Assembly: GCA_965203805.1 (NCBI GenBank)
Contig: OZ241917.1
Coordinates: forward strand, 832,001 to 896,000
Source of the DNA: Candidatus Latescibacterota bacterium
GTDB taxonomy: Bacteria; Latescibacterota; UBA2968; GCA-2709665
Direction of reading: 5' to 3'
DNA length: 64,000 nt
Part shown: one piece after another, positions 55,302 to 64,000 of the stretch
Layout of the letters: every line of letters starts with the position of its first letter
How positions within the stretch are numbered: the first letter of the stretch is position 1
The notes under the pieces: model-generated
Told to the model about the DNA's origin: nothing
The model's input: the letters and a program-made list of their open reading frames with translations, nothing else
Database searches by the model: none
Made by a program: the position numbers and the translations under genes

Positions 55302-56242
55302 CAGGGAGGCCCTCCCCCGTCGCCCAACAGTTCTTCGATTGCTCCGGGGTGCAATTCAAAAATGACCGAGGTCCGTTCCGCGTCGACATATGCCAGTTCG
55401 CCGTGGTAGCTGCCGAGCCCGCTCTGAACAATAATCTGGCTCACCCGTCCGGACCGGTACTCTTCAATTAAACGATTCCGTTCGTCGGACCTCAAGTGTT
55501 CGACGATATCCCCTGCCAGCCGTTCACGTACATCCGCCCGAATCGAGTCCGCGATCTCCAGCGAGTCTGCTCGGGCGCGCCATTCGGTCCCGCCCGCGTG
55601 GCGATACAACGCGTCGACCCGTTGCTGTACCAGGGTCTGATACCGCGCCCCCGGGAGACTCGCCAATTTCAGCAGGGAAAGCCCCTGATTGTAGGCGCTA
55701 ACGCTCCTGATCAGTTCCCGCGTATCGCGGCTCGCGCCCGTGGAGAGTTCAGTGCGCCAGACCGCGATCAGGGAAGGCCTTCCCGTCTCCGGCACGCGTT
55801 CCAGGTCGAAGCGGGCGCCTGCGACCGCATCGGGCAGGCCTTCCCTGACCGCAGGCGCCTCCATCGTCCGCAGCGTATCCTTAACCACCGCCCGCGCGTC
55901 CAGCCGCTTCCAAATGGCGCCTGTCCTGGCACGCCTCGCGTTGGTCCGGTCCAACGCAATCCCCACCCATCCCGCAATCCAGTCATTGCGATATTCCAGG
56001 CAGGCTGCGAAAACAGCAATCAGGGATATCAGAAGCAGCCCGGCGACAGGATATGCCACCTTCCTGTATCTCAACGGCAACCAGCGTCCCTCGATCATCG
56101 ACCGGACACGACGGCCGGGGGAACCGATTCGATGCAGGAAAGCCATGGTGTGTTCAAGTCGTGAAAAAAATCCCGAAACAACGCGCCTTCGGCTGTTACG
56201 GGATGGGTGGTCGGAATCGGGGGGACTGTCAGGCGGCGACAC
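55301..56242 (-). CDS. Hypothetical membrane-anchored protein
   Basis: Fills the gap between aldolase and PBP; one hydrophobic segment; start uncertain. Confidence 0.6.
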   Translation of the reverse strand: MSPPDSPPDSDHPSRNSRRRVVSGFFSRLEHTMAFLHRIGSPGRRVRSMIEGRWLPLRYRKVAYPVAGLLLISLIAVFAACLEYRNDWIAGWVGIALDRTNARRARTGAIWKRLDARAVVKDTLRTMEAPAVREGLPDAVAGARFDLERVPETGRPSLIAVWRTELSTGASRDTRELIRSVSAYNQGLSLLKLASLPGARYQTLVQQRVDALYRHAGGTEWRARADSLEIADSIRADVRERLAGDIVEHLRSDERNRLIEEYRSGRVSQIIVQSGLGSYHGELAYVDAERTSVIFELHPGAIEELLGDGGGPP

Positions 56243-57251
56243 CCTCCATCTCCGTAACGTACTTGCCGTAACGCGCGGCCCCGTTACAACTCGCCCTGTG
56301 ATAAAACACCCTTTGAGCCGCCGCCACGTTGGCAGCCTGACCCTTCCAGACGGCGCGGGCCGGATCCTGTAACGCCCTTCCGTAAGAATAACTGAGTTCC
56401 CACGGGAAGCCGCCGATCTGATTCATTGCGTTCAGGTGCAACGTGGAACGTTCCGGGCTCTGGCCCCCGGACAGAAACACCACACCCGGAACGGCCGCAG
56501 GAACCGTGCGCCGGAGGCACCGGACAGTCGCTTCAGCCACCTCCTGAACGCCTGCCTGCACCGGACAGTTGGCGCCGGACAGTACCATGCTGGCTTTAAG
56601 CAAAGTACCTTCTAGAACGACCCCGTGCTCTCCCAACTCTGAAAACACGCTGCGTAACACCGATTCGGTCGCCTGTTCGCACTGCTCGATAGTATGGTCG
56701 CCATCCATCAACACTTCGGGCTCCACGATGGGCACAAGCCCCACCTCCTGGCATCCGGCGGCGTAACGGGCGAGGGCGTGGGCATTGGCCTGGATGCACG
56801 CTCGCGTGGGAATCCCGCCGCCAATGGCGATGGCCGCCCGCCATTTGGCGAATCGGGCGCCACTATTGTGATACGCCTCCAACCGGCTCCGGAGTCCGTC
56901 CAGACCCTCGGTTATCTGTTCATCCGGAAATCCCGCCAGCGGCACGAGCCCGGTGTCCGCCTTGATACCGGTTAACATCCCCCGGTCGGCCAGCAACCGG
57001 GGAAACGGCACGCCGCCGATCGAGGCCGTGTTCAGCGTCTCCTCGAACAGAATGACGCCGCTGACAAAATCCGCCAGGTCCGGTGTCGTGAACAACATAT
57101 CGCGATACGCGCGCCGTGCTTCCGCCGTGGGTTCCACGCCGATATCGGCAAAACGCTTCGTGATGGTACCCATACTCTCGTCTGCCGCCAGAATTCCTCT
57201 GCCCGCGGGTACCAGTGCGCAAGCCGTGGCTTCGAGTTCCGCTCTTGACAT
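56229..57251 (-). CDS. Fructose-bisphosphate aldolase class I
   Basis: GILAADES, FAKWR, VPIVEPEV, FLSGGQS, SYGRALQ. Confidence 0.95.
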   Translation of the reverse strand: MSRAELEATACALVPAGRGILAADESMGTITKRFADIGVEPTAEARRAYRDMLFTTPDLADFVSGVILFEETLNTASIGGVPFPRLLADRGMLTGIKADTGLVPLAGFPDEQITEGLDGLRSRLEAYHNSGARFAKWRAAIAIGGGIPTRACIQANAHALARYAAGCQEVGLVPIVEPEVLMDGDHTIEQCEQATESVLRSVFSELGEHGVVLEGTLLKASMVLSGANCPVQAGVQEVAEATVRCLRRTVPAAVPGVVFLSGGQSPERSTLHLNAMNQIGGFPWELSYSYGRALQDPARAVWKGQAANVAAAQRVFYHRASCNGAARYGKYVTEMEGVAA

Positions 57252-57345
57252 CGACAACGACCTCACTTCCCGGTGTTATACGGCATGGTTGAATATGCAC
57301 CGTAGAATATACGTTATAATTGGACGCTGTCCAGCAGATTCAGGT

Positions 57346-58308
57346 CTATATTCCGGAATCCGTGAGACCATCGACGGCCTTCCGGTCGGCACGCGTTGTA
57401 TCAAATGTCCACACATCGTTGTAGACAGTGCTTCCCGCGATAGACCCGCTGTACCCGCCTAGCAGCCAGATCTTCTCCCGGAAGTCCAGGCATGGAAACG
57501 CGTGGCGAATCCCCCACGGCGCAACGCGGTGACTGCGCTGCCATGTCCGGCCGTCGTCGGAATACCAGACGTCGTTCATATTGATGGCCGGCTCGATGGC
57601 CCCGCCGGCAATCCAAATCTTGCCGGCGTATCTGAAGCTGCTGTGGAACCGCCGGGGGTTCCAGCCCGCAAGGGTTGCCTCCGGTTTCCACGATACGCCG
57701 TCCGACGAACTCCAGACATCGTTATAGTTGACACGGCGATCGTGATAATTCCCTCCTCCGAGAATCCACATCCTGTTGCTGTGTTCGATGGCCGGAAACA
57801 TGGCCCGAGGGGCCCAGTTCGCGGACTTGGCGACAAGATCCCATTGACGCCCGTCCTCCGAGCACCAGACGTCGCCGTAATGCGCCTTTTCTTCCCAGTT
57901 GAGCCCGCCCAGAACCCAGATCCGGTTATCGTAAACCAGGCAGCCGAAGGCGCCGCGACAGCCCCACGGGGCACGATGTGTCACACGATCCCAGTTGCGG
58001 CCGTCGCCCGAACACCAGATATCCCCGAGCGTCTGTACACCGTCAAATCCGCCCATCAACCATATTCGGCCTCGCAAGACCACGCAACCCGCCAGATTCC
58101 GGGCTGGCCAGGGCGCCGCCGGCAGCAGGCATTCCCACGAGAGACCGTCTTTGGAACGCCACACGTCATTCAGACGCGGAAAGTTTGCGGGACCCAGCAT
58201 CTGCCAGCCGCCGAGAAGCCAGATCTGATCCCCGAAGACCGCGGCTCCCGGCGAATCTCTGGGCGGCCATGGCGCGGATTCGGTGATACGATTCCAGGTC
58301 CCGGTCAT
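57346..58308 (-). CDS. Kelch-like beta-propeller repeat protein
   Basis: Six repeats of APW..R......IW.LGG.....NDVW.S.DG..W; start trimmed to ATG 58308. Confidence 0.85.
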   Translation of the reverse strand: MTGTWNRITESAPWPPRDSPGAAVFGDQIWLLGGWQMLGPANFPRLNDVWRSKDGLSWECLLPAAPWPARNLAGCVVLRGRIWLMGGFDGVQTLGDIWCSGDGRNWDRVTHRAPWGCRGAFGCLVYDNRIWVLGGLNWEEKAHYGDVWCSEDGRQWDLVAKSANWAPRAMFPAIEHSNRMWILGGGNYHDRRVNYNDVWSSSDGVSWKPEATLAGWNPRRFHSSFRYAGKIWIAGGAIEPAINMNDVWYSDDGRTWQRSHRVAPWGIRHAFPCLDFREKIWLLGGYSGSIAGSTVYNDVWTFDTTRADRKAVDGLTDSGI

Positions 58309-58450
58309 CCTGCAGGTGCACCGCCCGGAACGCCCGTCATGCTGCGGACTTCCCTTTTTTGTTTTCCAACGCCTTGCTTTTCCGATATATTTGACATCTG
58401 TCACCTCCCAGGTCGCGAATCGATGAAACCCGTGGCGCTTCCGCAATCCT

Positions 58451-59269
58451 ATGTACAGTACGCTCGTTTACGCCGTCTTCAGCCAACTCGCCGTCGGTGG
58501 GCTGTTATCGATGCTGGTTGTTCCGCTTGAAGCCGGCAAACGCTTTTTCCGGTTCTGCACAATCGCTTGTCTCGTGTTTCTCGTCCTCGCCCTGAGGGCA
58601 GGGCCATTCCCTGTCCTGACACCATCGGTGAATGGCGCGACGGGCGACTTGCTGCCCCGTCGGCTGCTGTTGGCCTGCGCCCTGCTTGCCCTCGTCTATC
58701 TGATTGCGGTTCTGGCCGAACGCATCAGGCCGCAAAGACCACTGCTTGCCGCCACGGCTCTGACCGGTGCGGTCGGATTGCTGTCGGACGGCTGGATTGC
58801 CTGCGCCGCGTGCCCTCCGTCACTTGCGAGCCCGTTGTCCGCGGCGTGTTATCTGGTTTCCGCTCTGTTCCTCGGAAGCGTCGTTTTCGCGATGATCCTG
58901 GGCCACTGGTACCTCGTGGTACCGGCGCTCCATATCAGGCCCCTTCGTGCCCTCACGCGTTTGATGCTGGGCGCTACGCTTGCCAAAGTGACGCTGACCG
59001 CGCTCACGATGTACGTCTTCTGGACGGACGGGGACACGCTTACCCGCGAAACGCTGCGGTCTTTCTGGGGAATCGGCGGGCTCTTTCTCTGGGTAAGGGT
59101 ACTCTTCGGGTTGCTGGGTCCGCTTATCGTGGGCTTCATGGTCTGGCAGACCGTGAAGATACACTCGACCCAATCGGCCACAGGCCTGCTATATGTGGCG
59201 ACGATCTTCGTGCTGATCGGGGAATGTGTTTCCGCTTATATTTTCTATACAACCACCATACCGGTTTAG
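58451..59269 (+). CDS. Multi-pass membrane protein with MILGHWYL motif
   Basis: About 8 hydrophobic segments; QSATGLLYV motif. Confidence 0.75.
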   Translation: MYSTLVYAVFSQLAVGGLLSMLVVPLEAGKRFFRFCTIACLVFLVLALRAGPFPVLTPSVNGATGDLLPRRLLLACALLALVYLIAVLAERIRPQRPLLAATALTGAVGLLSDGWIACAACPPSLASPLSAACYLVSALFLGSVVFAMILGHWYLVVPALHIRPLRALTRLMLGATLAKVTLTALTMYVFWTDGDTLTRETLRSFWGIGGLFLWVRVLFGLLGPLIVGFMVWQTVKIHSTQSATGLLYVATIFVLIGECVSAYIFYTTTIPV

Positions 59270-59273
59270 ACCC

Positions 59274-59720
59274 ATGGAAATCAGCTTCCGCTGTTACGAC
59301 TGCCAGACCGTCAACCAGGTTCGGCCTTCGACGGCCGAAACCACCTGTACGGCCTGCGGCCGAATGTTCCCGATGGCTTTCTCGAATAATATCCTGCACG
59401 GCAATCAGGTTGACGTCTGCCCTCGATGCGAAAAGACCGATTTTTACGTCCAAAGAGACTTCAACGGAAAAATCGGCCTGGCGATCGCGGTGCTTTTTGC
59501 CGTCATCGGGCTTGTTTTCGTGGCGCTGGACCGCCCTGTATACTTCTACCTCTGTCTGGGCGCGGCCGCGGTTATCGACCTTGCGCTCTACCTGTGCCTG
59601 CCGGAAATCACGATCTGCTACAGTTGCAAGACTGCTTTTCGCGGCGCCCGCAAGAACCCCAAGCATCAGCCGTTCGACCTGCATACCGCAGACATGTACG
59701 ATAACCGCGCCAGGGGATGA
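59274..59720 (+). CDS. Zn-ribbon-like membrane protein
   Basis: Four CxxC pairs flanking two hydrophobic segments. Confidence 0.7.
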   Translation: MEISFRCYDCQTVNQVRPSTAETTCTACGRMFPMAFSNNILHGNQVDVCPRCEKTDFYVQRDFNGKIGLAIAVLFAVIGLVFVALDRPVYFYLCLGAAAVIDLALYLCLPEITICYSCKTAFRGARKNPKHQPFDLHTADMYDNRARG

Positions 59721-59800
59721 CCCGCCGTGAAGCGGGGTCGGCACAACCGGTAGACCGGGTTATCTTTCGTCAACCGGTTTTGGTACCGGACCGTCGGCCG

Positions 59801-60370
59801 TCAGTCTGTGGCGCCAAAGGCCAGCCCCAGGCTGATCCGAAACGACGAGTCCGCCTCGTCGTCGGCGATCATCATCTTGATTTCACCGAACCAGAGCATC
59901 CCGGGGCCGAACCGTCTGCGGAACCCGAGGGGAACATTCAGGGTAACCTTCGTATCCTCGGGTACAGACACGTTTATGGCGCCCCCCTGCCCACCGGGCT
60001 CGATAATGTCCCATCGCGACAGATGTACGCCGATTCCGCCGCCTATGTAGCCGACGGTGTTGCCCTGGCCGAAGATGAACTGGGCTTCGCCGTTGATGGA
60101 ATACATCTTCAAATTGTCCTGTATAACCAGATCCACACCCGGTACGAGATGGAGACGGGGAATGAAGATGGAACCGAAGTCCACGTGCCCGCCGACCGCC
60201 AGCCGGGCTGAGTCAAATTCATACCCCACGTATTCCTGGGACTCCTGACGCGTCAGGTCCACGCCAGCCTTCAGCCCCAGCCCGCGCAGCCCGAGCGCGT
60301 CTGCCCGGCAGTGAACCGAAACCAGACATGCGGTAACCAGTCCAAACGTCCACCATGTATATTTACGCAT
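59801..60370 (-). CDS. Putative outer-membrane beta-barrel protein
   Basis: Signal-peptide-like N-terminus, YIGGGIG, alternating C-terminal strand. Confidence 0.65.
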   Translation of the reverse strand: MRKYTWWTFGLVTACLVSVHCRADALGLRGLGLKAGVDLTRQESQEYVGYEFDSARLAVGGHVDFGSIFIPRLHLVPGVDLVIQDNLKMYSINGEAQFIFGQGNTVGYIGGGIGVHLSRWDIIEPGGQGGAINVSVPEDTKVTLNVPLGFRRRFGPGMLWFGEIKMMIADDEADSSFRISLGLAFGATD

Positions 60371-60448
60371 AGGGATGCCCCCGTTTCCGTTGTCGCCCGG
60401 CGGCGGGCGCCGTTCAGGCAATGCGCCACGCCGACCGCCATCGTGCCA

Positions 60449-61540
60449 TCATGCATTGAAGAGGAAGCGGATAACGTCGCCGTCCTGGACGGCATACTCC
60501 CTTCCTTCGGTGCGCATCCTGCCCGTTTCACGCAACCCGGCGATGCCGCCGGCGGCCAGGACGTCCTCGTAAGCGGCCACGTCCGCCCTGATGAATCCGC
60601 GCTCCATGTCCGAATGAACCCGTCCCGCGGCGGCTGGAGCCCGCGTACCTTCGGGAACTTCCCAGGCCTGCAGCTTCTCATTTGCCGTGGTATAGAACGC
60701 GATCAGCCCCAGCAAGGCGTAGCCCGCGCGAATCAGCCGGTTTACGCCAGGCTGTGTCAACCCCATGTCCGCCACAAAGACCTCACGGTCGGCGGGCGGT
60801 AATTCGGCGATCTCCGCTTCGATCTGTGCCGCCAGCACCAGGACGCGGTCGGCGCCGACCATCTCCCCCAGCCTGGCCGTCGGACGGCCCCCGTCGGGCA
60901 GGTCCGATTCCGAGACGTTCGACGCGTACAACACGGGTTTGGCGGTAAGAAAATCGAAGGGCTTCAGGGCCTCCAACTGCGTTTCCGTCAGGTCCTGTTC
61001 CCTCAAGGGTAGAGACCGCCCCAGTCCTTCGATGGCCACTCTGAGGGTTTCGTACGAGAAGCGTTCAGGGGCGCGGGGATTGGAACGCAGGACGCCTTCG
61101 AGCCGGCGCGCGATGCCTTCGGCCGATTCAAGATCGGCCAGTTCAAGCTCGGTTTCGACGGTTTCCACGTCCCTAACCGGATCGGCCCTGCCGTCCACGT
61201 GAGGTACATTTTCATTTTCGTAGGCGCGGACGACGTGAACCAGCGCGTCAACCTCCCGAATCCGAGCCAGAAACCGGTTGCCCAGACCCTCGCCGCGACT
61301 GGCCCCGCGCACCAGGCCGGCGATATCCACAAACTGAACGAACGCTGGAATGCAGGCCTCGGGCGCGAGCAGTTCATTCAGCCGTTGAAGGCGCTCGTCC
61401 GGCACTTCCACGACGCCCACGTTCGGTTCAACGGTACAAAAGGGATAGTTCGATGCTTCAACGCCGGCCCTGGTTAGCGCATTGAACAGGGTCGACTTGC
61501 CCGCGTTTGGCAGGCCGATGATGCCGATATTGAGGCCCAT
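60449..61540 (-). CDS. ychF: Redox-regulated ATPase YchF
   Basis: GLPNAGKST, NYPFCTVEPN, DIAGLV.GAS.GEGLGN.FL. Confidence 0.95.
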   Translation of the reverse strand: MGLNIGIIGLPNAGKSTLFNALTRAGVEASNYPFCTVEPNVGVVEVPDERLQRLNELLAPEACIPAFVQFVDIAGLVRGASRGEGLGNRFLARIREVDALVHVVRAYENENVPHVDGRADPVRDVETVETELELADLESAEGIARRLEGVLRSNPRAPERFSYETLRVAIEGLGRSLPLREQDLTETQLEALKPFDFLTAKPVLYASNVSESDLPDGGRPTARLGEMVGADRVLVLAAQIEAEIAELPPADREVFVADMGLTQPGVNRLIRAGYALLGLIAFYTTANEKLQAWEVPEGTRAPAAAGRVHSDMERGFIRADVAAYEDVLAAGGIAGLRETGRMRTEGREYAVQDGDVIRFLFNA

Positions 61541-61753
61541 ACTCGCTGGCAGGATACGGCGGACGCGTTCGCGCCCGACAAAAAAAAACAGCCAGAGGCT
61601 AGTGTTCTGTACCGGAAATAGCTTGCCTGAATTCGCTCGGCGAGCGATGGCGACACAGCGAGAGGGCATGAATCGTCGGCCGAATGGTGAGATATTTCAG
61701 GGACGGGACCCTATACGTAATCCGCTGGCCGACAGAAAGTTGACCAACTAACG

Positions 61754-62020
61754 TTAAAGCCCGCCGCTGATGGCGGTAACAAAGTGAATCTCACTTTCCG
61801 CCTCTACCCTCTGACGCATTCCGTCGTTGCTTACAATGCCGTCGATTGCAACCGCCAAACCGGACCTGATACGGCCGTCGTCGCAGATCCGCGCCCTGAT
61901 TCCCGGAAACTCAGCTTCGAGGTTCTCGATGACCTCCCTTATTGTCTCTCCCGGTACCTGGACCTGCTCCAGACCGTCGGTGAGACGACGCATGAGAGAC
62001 GGAATCCAGACCTCCGGCAT
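61754..62020 (-). CDS. MoaD/ThiS-family protein
   Basis: 88 aa ending AISGGL. Confidence 0.85.
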   Translation of the reverse strand: MPEVWIPSLMRRLTDGLEQVQVPGETIREVIENLEAEFPGIRARICDDGRIRSGLAVAIDGIVSNDGMRQRVEAESEIHFVTAISGGL

Positions 62021-62023
62021 GGC

Positions 62024-64000
62024 TCACCCCTTCCCGCTGTTCCCGCCATTGTTGTTGCAGATTGTCTCCAGGACGCGCCCCGGGGACATGGGCAGGTCGC
62101 GCAAACGCACGCCGACGGCATCGTAGATCGCATTCGCCACGGCCGCTGGCGGAGGAACGATGGGCACTTCACCGACACCCCGCACCCCGTACGGGTGTCC
62201 AGGATTCGGCACCTCGACGATCACCGTCTCGATCATCGGCAGATCCAGGCAGGTTGGCATCCGGTAGTCCAGCAGGCTGGCGTTGACCAGATCGCCCTTT
62301 TCGTTGTAGAAATATTCCTCGTTCAACGCCCACCCGATACCCTGGGCGACGCCGCCCTGCATCTGTCCCTCCACGTAGGCGGGATGGATGGCCTTACCGG
62401 CATCCTGTACTATGGTTACCCGGAGAACGTCGACCTTTCCGGTGTCAGGATCGACTTCAACGTCCACGACCATAACGGCGTAAGCCGGCCCCGCCGCCTT
62501 TCCGGCCACCGCCGCCCGACCGACCACAGGACCGCCCGTGGCGCCAAGCTTACCCGCCAGTTCGGTAAATGTGATGGACTTCTCCGGGGCCGATCGTGAC
62601 CTGAACACACCGCCGTCGAAGACCACGTCATCATCCGGTATCTCCCACAATCTGGCGGCCCTCGTGACCATCTGGCGCTTCACGTCTTCCGCCGCCTCGT
62701 AACCGGCCCACCCCGTGGCAAAGGTCACGCGGCTGCCTCCCGTGCCGTCCGTCTGCCCGATGGCGTCGGTGTCTACCACCATCGGCTTCACCTGCTCGGC
62801 CGGAACCCCCAGTACCTCGGCAACCTGCATCGCGATAGAAGTCCTGGTGCCTCCGATATCGGGCGAACCCTCGACGAGATTAACCGTTCCATCGCCATTT
62901 ACACTGACCACGACCGTTGACGTGCCGCCTCCATTGAACCAGAACCCGGATGCCACGCCGCGACCCCGATTGGGCCCGTTGAGCCTGGACTGATAGTGAT
63001 CCGACGCCATCGCCGCCCTTACGCATTCGTCGTGCCCGATCCGGGGAAAAACCGGTCCGTCGGCACGCCGGCTGCCCTCTTTGGCGGAGTTGTTCAGGCG
63101 AAACTCAAGCGGGTCGGTACCGAGAATCTCGCAGATCTCGTCGATGACGGTTTCGGCGGCGAATGCGCCATTTGTGGCGCCCGGCGCGCGGTATGCCGAG
63201 GTCTGTGGTTTGTTCACGACAACGTCGTACCCGTCGATGACAACGTTGGGGATGTCGTACGGAGAAAAGATACATCCGGCCCCGGCACCCACGGGCGAAC
63301 CGGGATAGGCCCCGGCTTCATACGCCAGATACGCCTGCGCGGCGACCAGTCTGCCGTCTCTTGTGGCGCCCATCTTCACCGTCATATAAGAACCCGGCGT
63401 TGGGCCCGTCGCTTTCAGAACTTCCGTACGGCTCATTACCATCTTTACAGGTTTGCCCGTCATCCGGGACATGAACGCTGCCGTCGGTTCCTGGTAGACG
63501 CGGAACTTGCCACCGAATCCGCCGCCGATCTCCGCCGGAACCACCCGGACGCTGGACGTGGGCACGCCCAGGATGTCGGCGACCTGGTCGCGAACTTCGA
63601 AGGGCCCCTGGGTACTGGTCCAGACGGTAATCTGATCGTCGAGATTCCAATGGGCCGTCACGTTGTGGGGCTCGATGTAGCCCTGATGCACAGTCTGCGT
63701 ACTGAATTCCCGCTCAACCACGATATCGGCCTCCGCAAAACCCCGGTCGATATCTCCCAGCGTATGCTGGAAGTGATTGGCGATATTTCCAGGTTTATCC
63801 GTCGACTGCCCCAGCGATTTCACCTTCATGGTCTCGTGCAGGAGCGGCGCGCCGTCTTCCATCGCGGGACGGACGTCGAGCACGGGCGCCAGGACTTCGT
63901 ATTCGACCTGTATCAGATCCAGCGCTTCTTCGGCGACATGGGCCGATGTTGCCGCGACCGCCGCAACCGCATGACCCTCGTAAAGCACTTTGTCGGACGC
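62024..64000 (-). CDS. Xanthine dehydrogenase-family molybdopterin-binding subunit; 5' end outside the window
   Basis: QGYIEPH, GGGFGGK, AYRAPG, VEGQMQGG..QGIG, GVGE. Confidence 0.93.
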   Translation of the reverse strand, partial: ASDKVLYEGHAVAAVAATSAHVAEEALDLIQVEYEVLAPVLDVRPAMEDGAPLLHETMKVKSLGQSTDKPGNIANHFQHTLGDIDRGFAEADIVVEREFSTQTVHQGYIEPHNVTAHWNLDDQITVWTSTQGPFEVRDQVADILGVPTSSVRVVPAEIGGGFGGKFRVYQEPTAAFMSRMTGKPVKMVMSRTEVLKATGPTPGSYMTVKMGATRDGRLVAAQAYLAYEAGAYPGSPVGAGAGCIFSPYDIPNVVIDGYDVVVNKPQTSAYRAPGATNGAFAAETVIDEICEILGTDPLEFRLNNSAKEGSRRADGPVFPRIGHDECVRAAMASDHYQSRLNGPNRGRGVASGFWFNGGGTSTVVVSVNGDGTVNLVEGSPDIGGTRTSIAMQVAEVLGVPAEQVKPMVVDTDAIGQTDGTGGSRVTFATGWAGYEAAEDVKRQMVTRAARLWEIPDDDVVFDGGVFRSRSAPEKSITFTELAGKLGATGGPVVGRAAVAGKAAGPAYAVMVVDVEVDPDTGKVDVLRVTIVQDAGKAIHPAYVEGQMQGGVAQGIGWALNEEYFYNEKGDLVNASLLDYRMPTCLDLPMIETVIVEVPNPGHPYGVRGVGEVPIVPPPAAVANAIYDAVGVRLRDLPMSPGRVLETICNNNGGNSGKG

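Noticed and set aside
57346-58308. Recurring CCAGAC/CCAGAT motifs at roughly 150-bp period
   Set aside because: Coding repeats of the Kelch-like propeller

Overview
GC-rich bacterial chromosome segment, almost entirely minus-strand coded. Left (1-13.1 kb): housekeeping pnp-rpsO-ribF-truB-rbfA-DUF503-infB-nusA-rimP, a MerR-type regulator, der, DUF512, a pentapeptide protein and a nucleoside hydrolase. Right (42.3-64 kb): miaA, mutL, aminotransferase, heparinase II/III-like lyase, hpt, UDG, PBP1A, class I aldolase, ychF and a molybdoenzyme subunit. Between them, downstream of tRNA-Gly(CCC), is a ~29 kb accessory/defence region with no visible integrase. It holds a PLD-SNF2 helicase plus N6-adenine methyltransferase pair, an Avs4-like nuclease-STAND ATPase, and two paralogous large unknown proteins (one split in two genes, one fused to a DUF4258/DUF2283 pair across a T9 run). 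The most unusual features are: (i) a run of intact antitoxins whose toxins survive only as short scars; (ii) a GxxExxY nuclease bracketed by inverted CTACGAAA repeat arrays and present in three increasingly decayed tandem copies; (iii) three independent 'anchor - cargo - diverged copy of the anchor 3' end' structures, suggesting integrase-free cassette accretion. All family calls come from motif recognition by eye; no searches were run.
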